Position numbers and translations under genes: made by a program. Under the pieces are notes generated by a model. That model saw only the letters and a list, made by a program, of their open reading frames with translations. It made no database searches and had not been told where the DNA came from. Below are positions 54,418-64,000 of a stretch of DNA of 64,000 nt, one piece after another. Source of the stretch: Promethearchaeota archaeon (GTDB taxonomy: Archaea > Asgardarchaeota > Lokiarchaeia > Sigyniarchaeales > SOKP01); the NCBI GenBank assembly GCA_029838195.1, contig JALGVJ010000017.1, positions 105,690 to 169,689 of the forward strand, written 5' to 3'. Within the stretch, counting starts at the first letter, position 1. Each line of letters starts with the position of its first letter.

Positions 54418-56568
54418 CTAATCACGCGAAATTGTAATTTTAATATCCACAGCTGAATATCCATGAATAAATGATAACAATGGATTAATATCTAACTCCA
54501 AAATTTCTGGAAAATCATTAACTAATTGAGTAACTCGCAATAATACATTAATGATGGCATCGATATCGGATGGACTTTCTCCCCTTACCCCTTGTAACAA
54601 GCTATATATCCGTGTCTTTTTAAGCATTTCCCTGGCATCTCTTTCTGTAAAGTTGTATGCCAATCCAAAAGATACATCTTTCAAGAAATTTGCATAAATT
54701 CCGCCTGCTCCTATCATCAATAATGGTCCAAATTGAGGATCTCTTGACATTCCCATGATTAATTCTATAACTTTCTTTTCTTTCTTAAAATCAATCATTT
54801 CTTGAATTTCTACACCATAGATTTTAATATTTGGAGGACCATATTTTTTTACATTATCAATTATTTGAGTAAAAGCATCAAAAGCATCTTGTGGTGTTTC
54901 TACGTTTAAAACGATGCCACCTACATCCGTTTTATGAATGATCTGAGGGCTTACTATCTTCATGGCGGATTTTCCTATTTCTCCTTGAATTTCCATGGCC
55001 TCTCGCGGTGTTCGTGCTAATCTAGATTTTGGTGAATGAATTCCATAACATTCAAAGATTTCACTTGTTTCATGGCTTAATAGTACGGTCCTATCATCCA
55101 ATCGAGCATTCTCAATTATTTCTTTAACTTTCTCTTGGTTAGCCTCAAAAATAGGAGTCTCTTTTTCATGAAAAGGTAAAGATTTTAAAATTTCCCCCCT
55201 TTTTATGAGTATTTTAATACAATGAGCAGCTCTATCGGGAAATTGAAAACACGGAATACCATTTCGTTTTAAGTAGTTTTTAGCTTCAGAAATCGATTTT
55301 TCTCCTATAAATGAACAGATAATGGGTTTATCTTTTAAATGGTTCGATGCAATATGATGGATGATCCGTGCTACTTCAGATGGATTTGTTTGAGCTTGAG
55401 GGGTTAAAATTATCAGGCATCCATCAGTGGTTACAACATTCTTTCTACCATGAAACTTTTCATTTAGACCAAAAATTGTTTCTAACGTGAATTTATATCG
55501 TCCAGGAGTAGCATCTCCAATAATATCTACGGGATTGAAAATTGCAGCTTCTGGCGGTAAATTCTCTCTTAACTCATGTAAAATGGGTTCTGAAAATTCA
55601 GCAAGCTTTATTCCTTCTTGTTCAAAAGCATCCGTTGCGACAATTCCCGGACCGCCTGCATTTGTAATAATTGCAAACGAATTTGTTTTTGGAATGGGTT
55701 GATATAGAAAAATTTCTCCATAATCAAACAAATCTTCGATGGACCAAGCTCTAAGTACACCACATTTTTCAAAAGCTAAATCATAGGCGATATCTGAGCC
55801 CGCTAAAGCACCTGTATGACTAGAAGCAGCTCGAGCTCCTGCTTCGCTGATTCCCGATTTCAGGATGATAATGGGTTTTTTCCTCGCTGCTTTAGGAACT
55901 ATTTCTAAAAATCGCTCTCCATCCTTAATGCTTTCTAAATAACACAAAATGACATGCGTGTTATCATCATCAGCCAAGTATTCAATGAAATCTACGGCGC
56001 CCAAATCCGCTTTGTTTCCAAGACTAATATTACAAGAAAATCCAAAGGGCTGCATCATGGAATAATCCATCATTCCTGTAAGCATGGCTCCAGATTGAGA
56101 TATCATGGCAATATTCCCTTTCTTAGGCGTTTCTACTGCAAATGAACCATTATAATCGAGACCAATGAATCCTAAACAATTCGGACCTAAAATGCGCATG
56201 CCATGTTTCCTTGCTAATTGTTTTAATTCTTCTTCGCGCTGAACACCCTCTCCTCCAATTTCTTTGAAACCCGCAGAAATTATTATTAGTCCTTTTATCT
56301 TTTTCTTTCCGCATTCTTCGACGATAGGATTTACTAATTTAGCAGGTATCACGAAAATAGCCATATCAATCTCTCCGGGCACGTCTAAGACACTTTTATA
56401 TGCCGGACATCCCAGGATGATTTTTTCAGTTGGGTGAATGGGGTAGATTTTACCTTGATAATTTGAATTAATGATATTTTTCAAAACGATATTTCCTACT
56501 TTTCCTTCTTTTGAACTGGCACCTATAACAGCAATGCTTTTCGGATGGAAGAGGAAATCTAAGCTCAT
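54418..56568 (-). CDS. ADP-forming acetyl/acyl-CoA synthetase (alpha-beta fusion)
   Basis: SIAVIGAS, GPNCLG, SQSG, SHTGALAG, NAGGPG, HKTDVGG, DPQFGP, ELDINP. Confidence 0.92.
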   Translation of the reverse strand: MSLDFLFHPKSIAVIGASSKEGKVGNIVLKNIINSNYQGKIYPIHPTEKIILGCPAYKSVLDVPGEIDMAIFVIPAKLVNPIVEECGKKKIKGLIIISAGFKEIGGEGVQREEELKQLARKHGMRILGPNCLGFIGLDYNGSFAVETPKKGNIAMISQSGAMLTGMMDYSMMQPFGFSCNISLGNKADLGAVDFIEYLADDDNTHVILCYLESIKDGERFLEIVPKAARKKPIIILKSGISEAGARAASSHTGALAGSDIAYDLAFEKCGVLRAWSIEDLFDYGEIFLYQPIPKTNSFAIITNAGGPGIVATDAFEQEGIKLAEFSEPILHELRENLPPEAAIFNPVDIIGDATPGRYKFTLETIFGLNEKFHGRKNVVTTDGCLIILTPQAQTNPSEVARIIHHIASNHLKDKPIICSFIGEKSISEAKNYLKRNGIPCFQFPDRAAHCIKILIKRGEILKSLPFHEKETPIFEANQEKVKEIIENARLDDRTVLLSHETSEIFECYGIHSPKSRLARTPREAMEIQGEIGKSAMKIVSPQIIHKTDVGGIVLNVETPQDAFDAFTQIIDNVKKYGPPNIKIYGVEIQEMIDFKKEKKVIELIMGMSRDPQFGPLLMIGAGGIYANFLKDVSFGLAYNFTERDAREMLKKTRIYSLLQGVRGESPSDIDAIINVLLRVTQLVNDFPEILELDINPLLSFIHGYSAVDIKITISRD

Positions 56569-56738
56569 GATAGAAAAAAACTTAATTAGTTTGCAAATTG
56601 GTAAGGGGCTTTTTAATGTATTGTATAAAGAATTCATGACATTTAAAGATCTTTTCATGAAATATCAGTTCAGATAAATTAGAATTTTTTTTAGATGAGT
56701 AAAAAAAGAATTAATAATAGTGTAACTTTACACTCTTC

Positions 56739-57218
56739 ATGACAACTATTATCATGAAAACAAGCAAGGGAGATATCCATCTCGATTTATTCGATAATGA
56801 AGCACCAATGACGGTGGCTTCTTTTCTCTTCTTGATTAAGCAAGGATTCTATAATGGTATTAAATTCCACCGAGTTATAAAAGATTTCATGATACAAGGA
56901 GGGGATCCTTTAGGAAATGGAAGAGGAGGGCCGAAGGATAAGCAAATTTACTCTTTTTCATTCCAAGAAAAACAAATTAAGTACCCCTTTCCTGATGAAT
57001 TCCAAAGCGGAAGGACATTTAATAAACCGGGAATATTAGCCATGGCAAATGCCGGACCCAACACCAATGGTTCTCAATTCTTCATCACGCATGTTCCAAC
57101 TCCTTGGTTAAATAATAAACATACCATTTTTGGAGAAGTCATTAGCAAGCAAGATCAAGAAGTAGTGGATGCAATTGAACAAGGAGATTTAATTCAAGAA
57201 ATTCAAATACTAGATTAA
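56739..57218 (+). CDS. Cyclophilin-type peptidyl-prolyl isomerase
   Basis: [29 protein letters not shown]. Confidence 0.95.
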   Translation: MTTIIMKTSKGDIHLDLFDNEAPMTVASFLFLIKQGFYNGIKFHRVIKDFMIQGGDPLGNGRGGPKDKQIYSFSFQEKQIKYPFPDEFQSGRTFNKPGILAMANAGPNTNGSQFFITHVPTPWLNNKHTIFGEVISKQDQEVVDAIEQGDLIQEIQILD

Positions 57219-57469
57219 CCATAAGCCATGAATAATTTTTCTGAACAAATATACTTATGGGTCCCTTGAAATGAACTAGCTCATAGAATCTAATTTTATA
57301 TCTAATGAAAATTTTCGTTATTTTTTAAGGGTTCTCTAAAAAACAAATTAATTCTTTTTTAATTAGAAGCAATAAAATTAAATTATTTACCTCTATTCTA
57401 TCATAAGATATGTTAATACCTAGCTGAAAAAGATTTAAATATCTTGGAAAGCATGGATGTGAATCACCT

Positions 57470-57721
57470 TTGAGAAAATACACTCCGAATCGTTGGAACT
57501 ATTCAGAAAAAGCGGGAAAATGGGTTTACGTGGAAATAGATGATAATGGAAATAGAACTTATACCTATAAATTAGAACCCCCGCCCGAATTTATTGAATT
57601 ATCGCAACAAATCTCTATAATAAATAAAAAATTATTGCGTACTACCGATATAGAAGAAAACAACCAACTTTTTAAAGAATTAATGAGAATTTCGAAAAAG
57701 ATGCAAGAGATGGGAAAATGA
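57470..57721 (+). CDS. Hypothetical protein
   Basis: 83-aa ORF with natural composition and no recognised motif. Confidence 0.55.
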   Translation: MRKYTPNRWNYSEKAGKWVYVEIDDNGNRTYTYKLEPPPEFIELSQQISIINKKLLRTTDIEENNQLFKELMRISKKMQEMGK

Positions 57722-57758
57722 AAAGAAAACCATCATGCTCTTTCCCTTCTTAACTTTT

Positions 57759-58511
57759 CTATTTCTTTTCTTGTTTTCTCTCTTGAATCGCCTTATTTAT
57801 TCTCCTTTTTAGCTCACTAAAAACGGAAAAATCAATAGCCAAGAATACTCGTACAGCACTTACTAAAGAGATATTGTTTCCTACCGAAATATAATAATAT
57901 TTTTTAGAGTTAGGGCGAGGAACTCCCATGCCAATCGTTTCTCCCTCACATGTAATTTGTAAGAGAGAAGAATTCTTTTCTTTTAAGATAGTGCCAAATA
58001 AAAGGGATTCCGTATATCCAATTACAGGAATATTAATTTGCTTTCCTACATCGCAAGCTGCCCCATAAAAAAAAGGGTGAATGCGTCCGCTACTATTTAA
58101 TAAATAACAATCTGGCTGCTTTTCTAATTCATTAATGATTTTCAAGTATAGATTGGAATGATTTAAAAAAAGAACCGAGGGAAAATATCTCGTGAAAATA
58201 GGTTCAAGCGATGTCATCTTGAATGATGAAATTTTTTTTTCTACAAGCGAATATCGTAGATATCCAATATGAGCCAGATTTTCTTGGAATTTAATTTTAA
58301 TAATCCCTACCACCTCATGGTCCCGTACAATATCATTCTGATTTACTTCTTTAGCCATTTCTCGTTGATAATGACGTATTTCATCCAAGCTTGAAAAAGG
58401 TGTAGCTTTTAAATAAGGTTTTAAACAATCCGGACAGGTATAATAATAGCTCGTACCGTGCATTTCGCATGTTCGCATTAAATCATGCCGATTTTTCATT
58501 CCACGCCTCAT
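57759..58511 (-). CDS. Endonuclease V-like protein, apparently lacking catalytic residues, with N-terminal Zn-finger
   Basis: YFPSVL, PD, G.IHP...GAA...G...IPVIG...LLFG and ISVG follow EndoV order; CEMH-x7-CPDC. Confidence 0.65.
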   Translation of the reverse strand: MRRGMKNRHDLMRTCEMHGTSYYYTCPDCLKPYLKATPFSSLDEIRHYQREMAKEVNQNDIVRDHEVVGIIKIKFQENLAHIGYLRYSLVEKKISSFKMTSLEPIFTRYFPSVLFLNHSNLYLKIINELEKQPDCYLLNSSGRIHPFFYGAACDVGKQINIPVIGYTESLLFGTILKEKNSSLLQITCEGETIGMGVPRPNSKKYYYISVGNNISLVSAVRVFLAIDFSVFSELKRRINKAIQERKQEKK

Positions 58512-58655
58512 TTTTATATTTTATAAATAATTATCTAGAATACCTATTTGATTTAAAATGTTTAACCATTTGAATTTGTAAATTTAAACTAAAAATTTAA
58601 TTCCATTCATTAAATTTATACATTAAGGTTTTAAAAGAAAAAAGGTGCTTAAAAG

Positions 58656-59459
58656 CTGAAAATCGCTGTTAGTGGAAAAGGCGGCGTTGGAAAGACACTT
58701 ATAGCCGGCACTTTAGCCCGATTATTTGCCAAAGACCATTTTAAGGTATTAGCAATTGATAATGATTCTGCCATGAACTTGAGTTATACTCTCGGAATTG
58801 AACAAGATGTTAAGAATACCATTGTACCTATATCTAAAATGAGGGGGCTCGTGGAAGAGAGAGTAATTATAAAAGATGCAGGACCTGGCGTGTATAACAT
58901 CAACCCTAATGTTTCGGATATTCCCGATAAATATAAAGTCTCTGGTCCCGATGGATTGGAATTGCTAGTATTAGGCTCAATCGAAGAGCCTTCGACAGGA
59001 TGCCTCTGTCCGGAAAATGCTCTCATTCGCACTCTCCTTTATAATTTATTTGTAAAAAGAAATGAAGTAATAATCGTTGATTTTGAAGCGGGATTAGAGC
59101 ATTTAGGGAGAGGAACCGCAAAAGGCATTGATGTCATGCTGGTTATCACGGAGCCTTCTCAAAAATCTCTGGATATATCAAATAAAATCCTTGATTTATG
59201 TAAAAAATTGGGAATCGTGAATATTTTTTTAATAGTGAATAAAGTAATTGATGATTCTCAAATAGAAGAAATCAATAGTAGAATAGAGTCTTGGAATGTA
59301 CCACTATATCACGTCATTCCAAGCGACCCGGAAATAGGAAAAGCCGATCTCATGGGAGTTTCTCCAATAGACCATGACCCCGATTCTCCCGCCATGCAAT
59401 CCATAAAACGATTATATCTTAAATTAAAAGAATTAAAAGAACACGTGTTTGATATTTGA
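58656..59459 (+). CDS. cooC: CooC-type nickel-insertion ATPase (CTG start)
   Basis: KIAVSGKGGVGKT upstream of the tracked ATG, GCLC, DFEAGLEHLGRG. Confidence 0.88.
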   Translation: MKIAVSGKGGVGKTLIAGTLARLFAKDHFKVLAIDNDSAMNLSYTLGIEQDVKNTIVPISKMRGLVEERVIIKDAGPGVYNINPNVSDIPDKYKVSGPDGLELLVLGSIEEPSTGCLCPENALIRTLLYNLFVKRNEVIIVDFEAGLEHLGRGTAKGIDVMLVITEPSQKSLDISNKILDLCKKLGIVNIFLIVNKVIDDSQIEEINSRIESWNVPLYHVIPSDPEIGKADLMGVSPIDHDPDSPAMQSIKRLYLKLKELKEHVFDI

Positions 59460-59486
59460 GCCGGGAGGATTGTTGCTTGTTAGATT

Positions 59487-59735
59487 TTAAATGAGATCGG
59501 ATAAGTCTAAATCTTGCTCTTTCGCAATTTCTTTCCACTGCTCAATTGCTTCTATGGCTTTTTCTTCATTCATTTGTTCAATAGCATATCCCGCATGTAC
59601 GACAACATAATTTCCAACCCTCGGTTCTTGAAGCAGAGCAATAATGACTTCTTGCTTCAAGCCATCAAAATCTACTAAGGCCGTCTTCTTTTCGGGATTA
59701 ATTTCAAGAATTTTTCCGGGAATAGCTAAACACAT
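59487..59735 (-). CDS. hypC: Hydrogenase maturation chaperone HypC
   Basis: MCLAIPG, VVVHAGYAI. Confidence 0.95.
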   Translation of the reverse strand: MCLAIPGKILEINPEKKTALVDFDGLKQEVIIALLQEPRVGNYVVVHAGYAIEQMNEEKAIEAIEQWKEIAKEQDLDLSDLI

Positions 59736-60044
59736 GAATGTATCCTCTTTATTATTAACGTTATTCTAATAACTTATAAAATACCTGAAAAAAAATAAAC
59801 ATGTCTCTTATGTAATTTAATCTTAAAAAAGTAATTGTTTTGGAAATGAAATCGATTTCAAAAAAAATAATACTAAAAATTAATTCTACTATAACTCATG
59901 CTTTCATTTGTCGTAAAGCTCCTAAATTATCCGCAAAATATATTATTTTTACAACTTTTTACTCCTTGATAATCTCATCTTGCAATGATGAGAGTCGGTA
60001 TTTCCTAGTAGAACATCCTCAATTATTTTCACGAATGAAAAAAA

Positions 60045-61223
60045 ATGCGAAACGAAGGATTGGATAAACGGAAAATACTTCAAATATTAGAAGAAAAACT
60101 GGCGTGCGATCATTCATATGATGAAGGATATATCCTTGGATCCATGTGCACGGAAGTTAACGAATTTGGTAAAGAAGTGTATTTGAAATATATTAGTAAA
60201 AATCTGGGGGATCCGGGTTTATTTCCTGGCACCGCCAAGTTGGAAGAGGAAGTAGTGGCAGAGATCGGAGAGTTATTTAACGGTTCAAATATCATCGGGT
60301 CATTCATGACCGGTGGCTCCGAAGCGAATTTAATTGCCATGCGTATTGCAAAAAAATTACATGAAGATATTAAAGAACCAGAAATCGTCGTTCCTATATC
60401 TGCTCATCGCTCCTTCGATAAAGCCGGTGATCTCCTAAATATTAAGATAAAAAAAGCACGTCTCAAAAATAATTTTGAATTAGACTTAGAGCATTTTAAT
60501 TCCTTGATTTCTGAAAATACGTGTGGCGTCGTGGCAATTGCCGGCACCACCTCTCTTGGTTTAATTGATCCCATTGAAAAAATAGGAGAAATTATCGATG
60601 GTAGAGATATATTTTTCCACGTGGATGCTGCTTTCGGCGGGTTTGTCCTTCCTTTTTTGAAACAATTAAGCTACGACATTCCTCCTTGGGATTTCAGCGT
60701 AAAGCAAGTTGATTCCATTACTGCGGATCCGCACAAAATGGGCATGGGAGTAATTCCCTCAGGAGGATTGTTCTTGAGAAATAAAGAAATAATCCAAAAG
60801 GTAGGGTTTGAAATTCCTTATTTAGCTGGAGGAAATTTTAAGCACCTCCACTTAGTAGGAACACGCCCAGGTGCCACTGTAATAGCTTTTTGGGCTATTA
60901 TGGAATATCTCGGCATTAAGGGTTTTACTCAAATTGTACAAAAATGCATGGATAACACGCACTATTTAGCTGAACAAATTAAAGAAATAAAGGGTGTTGC
61001 CCTAGCAGCAGAACCAGTCATGAACGTCATAGGCATTACGACGGAAAATGGCGAAAGCATCTGCGAATTGGATAAAGAATTGAGAAAAATGCACTGGATG
61101 TTAGGAAAATTTGAAGAATTTAATCTTATTCGCGCTGTCATCATGCCGCACGTGACGAGAGAACATCTCGGGCGATTTGTTAATGATTTAAAAATCGCGG
61201 TTAAAAAATTAAAATTAAATTGA
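60045..61223 (+). CDS. mfnA: L-tyrosine/L-aspartate decarboxylase (PLP)
   Basis: ILGSMCT, NLGDPGLFPG, GGSEAN, HVDAAFGG, DPHK, GTRPG. Confidence 0.9.
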   Translation: MRNEGLDKRKILQILEEKLACDHSYDEGYILGSMCTEVNEFGKEVYLKYISKNLGDPGLFPGTAKLEEEVVAEIGELFNGSNIIGSFMTGGSEANLIAMRIAKKLHEDIKEPEIVVPISAHRSFDKAGDLLNIKIKKARLKNNFELDLEHFNSLISENTCGVVAIAGTTSLGLIDPIEKIGEIIDGRDIFFHVDAAFGGFVLPFLKQLSYDIPPWDFSVKQVDSITADPHKMGMGVIPSGGLFLRNKEIIQKVGFEIPYLAGGNFKHLHLVGTRPGATVIAFWAIMEYLGIKGFTQIVQKCMDNTHYLAEQIKEIKGVALAAEPVMNVIGITTENGESICELDKELRKMHWMLGKFEEFNLIRAVIMPHVTREHLGRFVNDLKIAVKKLKLN

Positions 61224-61402
61224 AATTGAAATCCCATTTACAATTTTTATCTAATTTTTGCTTATTTTTACTCTTAACTAATTGCTCTTACGAAGTTAAT
61301 AAAGATTTAAATTAGGCCATGAATTTACTTTTCCTAATTCCTAATTAAAAACTTCTAATCATATAAGAATATAAATGATTTAAATTAAGGGCGTATTAAT
61401 AC

Positions 61403-61951
61403 ATGAATATAAATAAATTAAAAGAATGGCCAAATACCAAACTACTATTGGTTTTAACTGTCATTGGTTTCGTTATTTTCATTCTCATAAACCAATTTGT
61501 ATTCGTTCCGCTAAGTGCCACATACACGTCGTATGGTATCCTTGAATTCGAATTCGCCTGGACACGGGGAAGAGTGATTTCAATTTTTACCATGTGGGGC
61601 CAACAAGGCATGCACGACCAAAAATTAGGTATATATTGGGATTTCCTGTATATTATTGGCTATATTTTTTTTATAATGGGCTGTATCATCTTAATTACGA
61701 GACAACTTGAAGGTAAAATCGAAAATATTGGCTATAAAATCAGCCTCTTGATAGTCCTCGCCGGTATTTTCGACGTTATCGAAAATATTAATCTTCTCAT
61801 CATGTTAGAAAATCCAACAACCTTCTCATCCATTGTTCCCACCTTGGCTTCGATTTGTTCGTCTATTAAATTCACCTTATTGATAATCGGAATCGTCTAT
61901 TTCGTTATTGCACTCCTTATGTTTATTTACACTATTCTTAAGAAAAAGTAA
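61403..61951 (+). CDS. Hypothetical 4-TM membrane protein
   Basis: FEFAW, DFLYI, FDVIEN, KF motifs in hydrophobic segments. Confidence 0.7.
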   Translation: MNINKLKEWPNTKLLLVLTVIGFVIFILINQFVFVPLSATYTSYGILEFEFAWTRGRVISIFTMWGQQGMHDQKLGIYWDFLYIIGYIFFIMGCIILITRQLEGKIENIGYKISLLIVLAGIFDVIENINLLIMLENPTTFSSIVPTLASICSSIKFTLLIIGIVYFVIALLMFIYTILKKK

Positions 61952-62065
61952 TGAAAAGGTGATATGATTCTTTAATACTGACGAAATAATCGATACTTAG
62001 AAACAAAAATTAAAACGAAATTTTAAAAAAAAAAGAAAAATTGTTTTTTTGTTTTTCTCAAATTC

Positions 62066-62938
62066 TTATAATCCAATCTTTTCAAGAGCAGATTTCACGC
62101 GAACTCGATGAAATTTCAAACCAATCTCATCCGGATTTATTCCCATTCCTAATGCTAATAATTCCGTGAGATATAACACTGGGATATCATAATTTGCATC
62201 AAATTTTTTCGAAAGATCTCTCTGTTTTGTATCAAATTGCTGAAAGCAAGCGGGACAATTCACCACAATAACATCTGCTCCGGCTTTACTAATGCTATCC
62301 AGTTTTTTCTTTAAAATTTGATCACCGTACTCTTCATAAGCATTCGAGACAGCAGAACCGCAACAGAGTGCCAATTCATCATAATCGACAACAGTTGCGC
62401 CTGTAGCCGCCACAATATTTTTCAGATTTTCGGGTCTTAACGGATCATCTGCTTCCATCCATTCCGCCGGCCGCATGTAATGACAACCCGGATGACACGC
62501 CACCTTTAGTCCACTTAATTGTTTGGTCAAGGCACCTTTTACACTGTCCAAGTTCTCTTTGATTACGTCCACGAAATGCTTGACTTCTACTGAACCTTTA
62601 TATTCCTTGCCAATTTTTTCTAATTGCTTGTTCACCTTCTCTTTCAAGTGAGAATCATGTTTTAATTGATGCTGAACCCCTCTTAACGTGTTGGTACAAC
62701 CATTACAAAGAGATACAATTGGCTTTCCCTCCGCTTCTGCTAAGCATAAGTTAAACGCACCCATCGCCAACCAGACATCATTATCAAAACTCTTCATCCC
62801 CGTTGGATCGGGACAACACGCAAATGGCGCCTCCGAGGTGGTGATTCCAACTTTCTCAAAAACTTTCCTTGATGCGGCTTCAATGAAGGGAATCCTATTC
62901 CCTATCGTACAACCCTCAAACATTTTATATTCTGTCAT
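62066..62938 (-). CDS. hdrB: Heterodisulfide reductase subunit B
   Basis: GC, CCP, CNGC, HPGCH, CCG, CPAC (CCG domains); SD GGAGG before ATG 62938. Confidence 0.93.
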   Translation of the reverse strand: MTEYKMFEGCTIGNRIPFIEAASRKVFEKVGITTSEAPFACCPDPTGMKSFDNDVWLAMGAFNLCLAEAEGKPIVSLCNGCTNTLRGVQHQLKHDSHLKEKVNKQLEKIGKEYKGSVEVKHFVDVIKENLDSVKGALTKQLSGLKVACHPGCHYMRPAEWMEADDPLRPENLKNIVAATGATVVDYDELALCCGSAVSNAYEEYGDQILKKKLDSISKAGADVIVVNCPACFQQFDTKQRDLSKKFDANYDIPVLYLTELLALGMGINPDEIGLKFHRVRVKSALEKIGL

Positions 62939-62951
62939 GTTTCTACCCTCC

Positions 62952-63458
62952 TTATTTGAGTTTCTTATCCGCTCCAATGTTTTTAATTAAAGATTGTACT
63001 ATATTTACATCAGGAGAAGGAATCTCTGGCAAGCCTAACTGCTGTCTCCTACGTTCTATCGCCGGCTGAGAAGGAATTGCTTTACCATTCTCGAATATCG
63101 CTTTTGCTTGACCATAAATAAATTCTGGTGCTTTGCCCATTTCCGTGCTTTTATTTTTTAGAAACGTAAAGATCTCCGTGAGCTCGATGTTCTGCGGGCA
63201 AACCTCATCGCATGTGTCGCATACCGTACAGCCCCAGATTGCTAGGGGGTCCGCCGAAAAGATTGCATCTTTATATCCGAGGAGAGCATTCAAAATATTT
63301 GCTCTTGGATTATAGCCACTCGTGGTATAAAAATCAATGGAAACTGCCGAGACAGGACAGTTGTCCGTGCATCTACTGCACTGGTAACAATATTTGATTA
63401 AATCCGAGCTAATATGGTGGTCCATTACTTGTTTTCTAAATTCAAAATCTAATACCAT
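62952..63458 (-). CDS. hdrC: Heterodisulfide reductase subunit C
   Basis: CYQCSRCTDNCP and CTVCDTCDEVCP, directly upstream of hdrB. Confidence 0.92.
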   Translation of the reverse strand: MVLDFEFRKQVMDHHISSDLIKYCYQCSRCTDNCPVSAVSIDFYTTSGYNPRANILNALLGYKDAIFSADPLAIWGCTVCDTCDEVCPQNIELTEIFTFLKNKSTEMGKAPEFIYGQAKAIFENGKAIPSQPAIERRRQQLGLPEIPSPDVNIVQSLIKNIGADKKLK

Positions 63459-63532
63459 ATTACTTACACTCCTTTTTTTTCTATAAAATTATATTTCATG
63501 TTCATGTGGTATTGGCTTTTTACCCTTGCAAG

Positions 63533-63581
63533 GGCAGTCATATTCAATCTCTTTTTTTTTATTGAATATTCATCCTAAGCC
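63533..63581 (-). promoter_or_regulatory. Eukaryote-type SECIS element of vhuU
   Basis: GGC..AG-G-AUGA-AUAUUCAAU-AAAAAAAAAGAG-AUUGAAUAU-GA-CUGCC: AUGA/GA core, perfect 9-bp stem, A-rich loop. Confidence 0.75.
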
Positions 63582-63722
63582 AACATTCAGCTTGCGGGAG
63601 TATATTTCATTGCCCTTTTCATCCACGACCGTGATGTGGGCTGCACACGATAGTCAGCAATCAAAGCAGCGGACGACCATCTCCAGAACATTCACTACTC
63701 CCTCGGGTACTTCTTCACTCAT
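63570..63722 (-). CDS. vhuU: Selenoprotein VhuU, small subunit of the split F420-non-reducing [NiFeSe] hydrogenase
   Basis: MSEEVPEGVVNVLEMVVRCFDC-U-LSCAAHITVVDEKGNEIYSRKLNVGLG*; in-frame TGA at 63654-63656 in the Ni-ligand position. Confidence 0.92.
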
Positions 63723-63756
63723 TTTTTTTTACCTCCTACTCATTCACACATTTATT

Positions 63757-63999
63757 TTATTTAATCCAAGGGTCAGGTAATTTTAACCCTTCCAAGGCCT
63801 TATCTTCAAAGACTTGCTTCGCCACGTGCATGAGAGTCTTCTCGATTCCCGCAATGTTGTGATTCGTTGCCACCAGGAGATTCAACTTCTTGCACATGCC
63901 GTCGGCATCGGACCAGATGTTGTAGAGCAAGATACCTCTCGGAGCTTCCACCATGCCCACGCCATTACCTTCCCGCGGCTCCACGTCCAGTGTCTTGCA
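63757..63999 (-). CDS. vhuA: F420-non-reducing hydrogenase large subunit, C-terminal part (partial)
   Basis: GVGMVEAPRGIL...NLLVAT..N; ends without DPCxxC, which VhuU supplies. Confidence 0.9.
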   Translation of the reverse strand, partial: CKTLDVEPREGNGVGMVEAPRGILLYNIWSDADGMCKKLNLLVATNHNIAGIEKTLMHVAKQVFEDKALEGLKLPDPWIK

Positions 64000-64000
64000 A

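Noticed and set aside
1860-63780. Numerous short ORFs overlapping longer genes, mostly antisense (e.g. 1860, 4578, 15610, 31366, 45999, 63526)
   Set aside because: Shadows of well-supported genes with no independent motifs.
1-64000. CRISPR arrays, tRNA/rRNA genes, integrase or transposase
   Set aside because: No regularly spaced repeats, cloverleafs or recombinase motifs were seen on manual reading.

Overview
AT-rich archaeal chromosome segment, most likely from a Lokiarchaeia-type Asgard archaeon. This is inferred from a longin-like protein, a split VhuA/VhuU hydrogenase with a selenocysteine VhuU and eukaryote-type SECIS, hdrCB, mfnA, cooC, an ADP-forming acyl-CoA synthetase and an expanded family of standalone 7TM proteins. 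No rRNA, tRNA, CRISPR array or integrase was seen. The main accessory feature is a 15.5-kb segment (4811-20564) bounded by a 254-bp, ~93% identical direct repeat of the 3' end of an OsmC-like gene. Its intact core encodes two Cys-type sulfatases, two head-to-head QueG/RdhA-like (cobalamin, 2x[4Fe-4S]) proteins, two wHTH regulators with a V4R-like domain, an MFS transporter and a FATP-type acyl-CoA ligase. A third, decayed RdhA-like gene lies among them, and related TTATCAC/GTGATAA motifs sit in all three divergent promoters. This is the best candidate for an undescribed catabolic system. The rest of the window is heterotrophic metabolism (amino acids, lipids, esters, haloalkane dehalogenase), several pseudogenes and the hydrogenase/Hdr end. 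Features missed by the ORF track include the VhuU selenoprotein whose SECIS core contains its own stop codon, a CTG-initiated cooC and a GC-rich multi-hairpin candidate ncRNA. An apparently inactive, Zn-finger-fused endonuclease V homolog is also notable. All family calls come from motif recognition by eye, not database searches.
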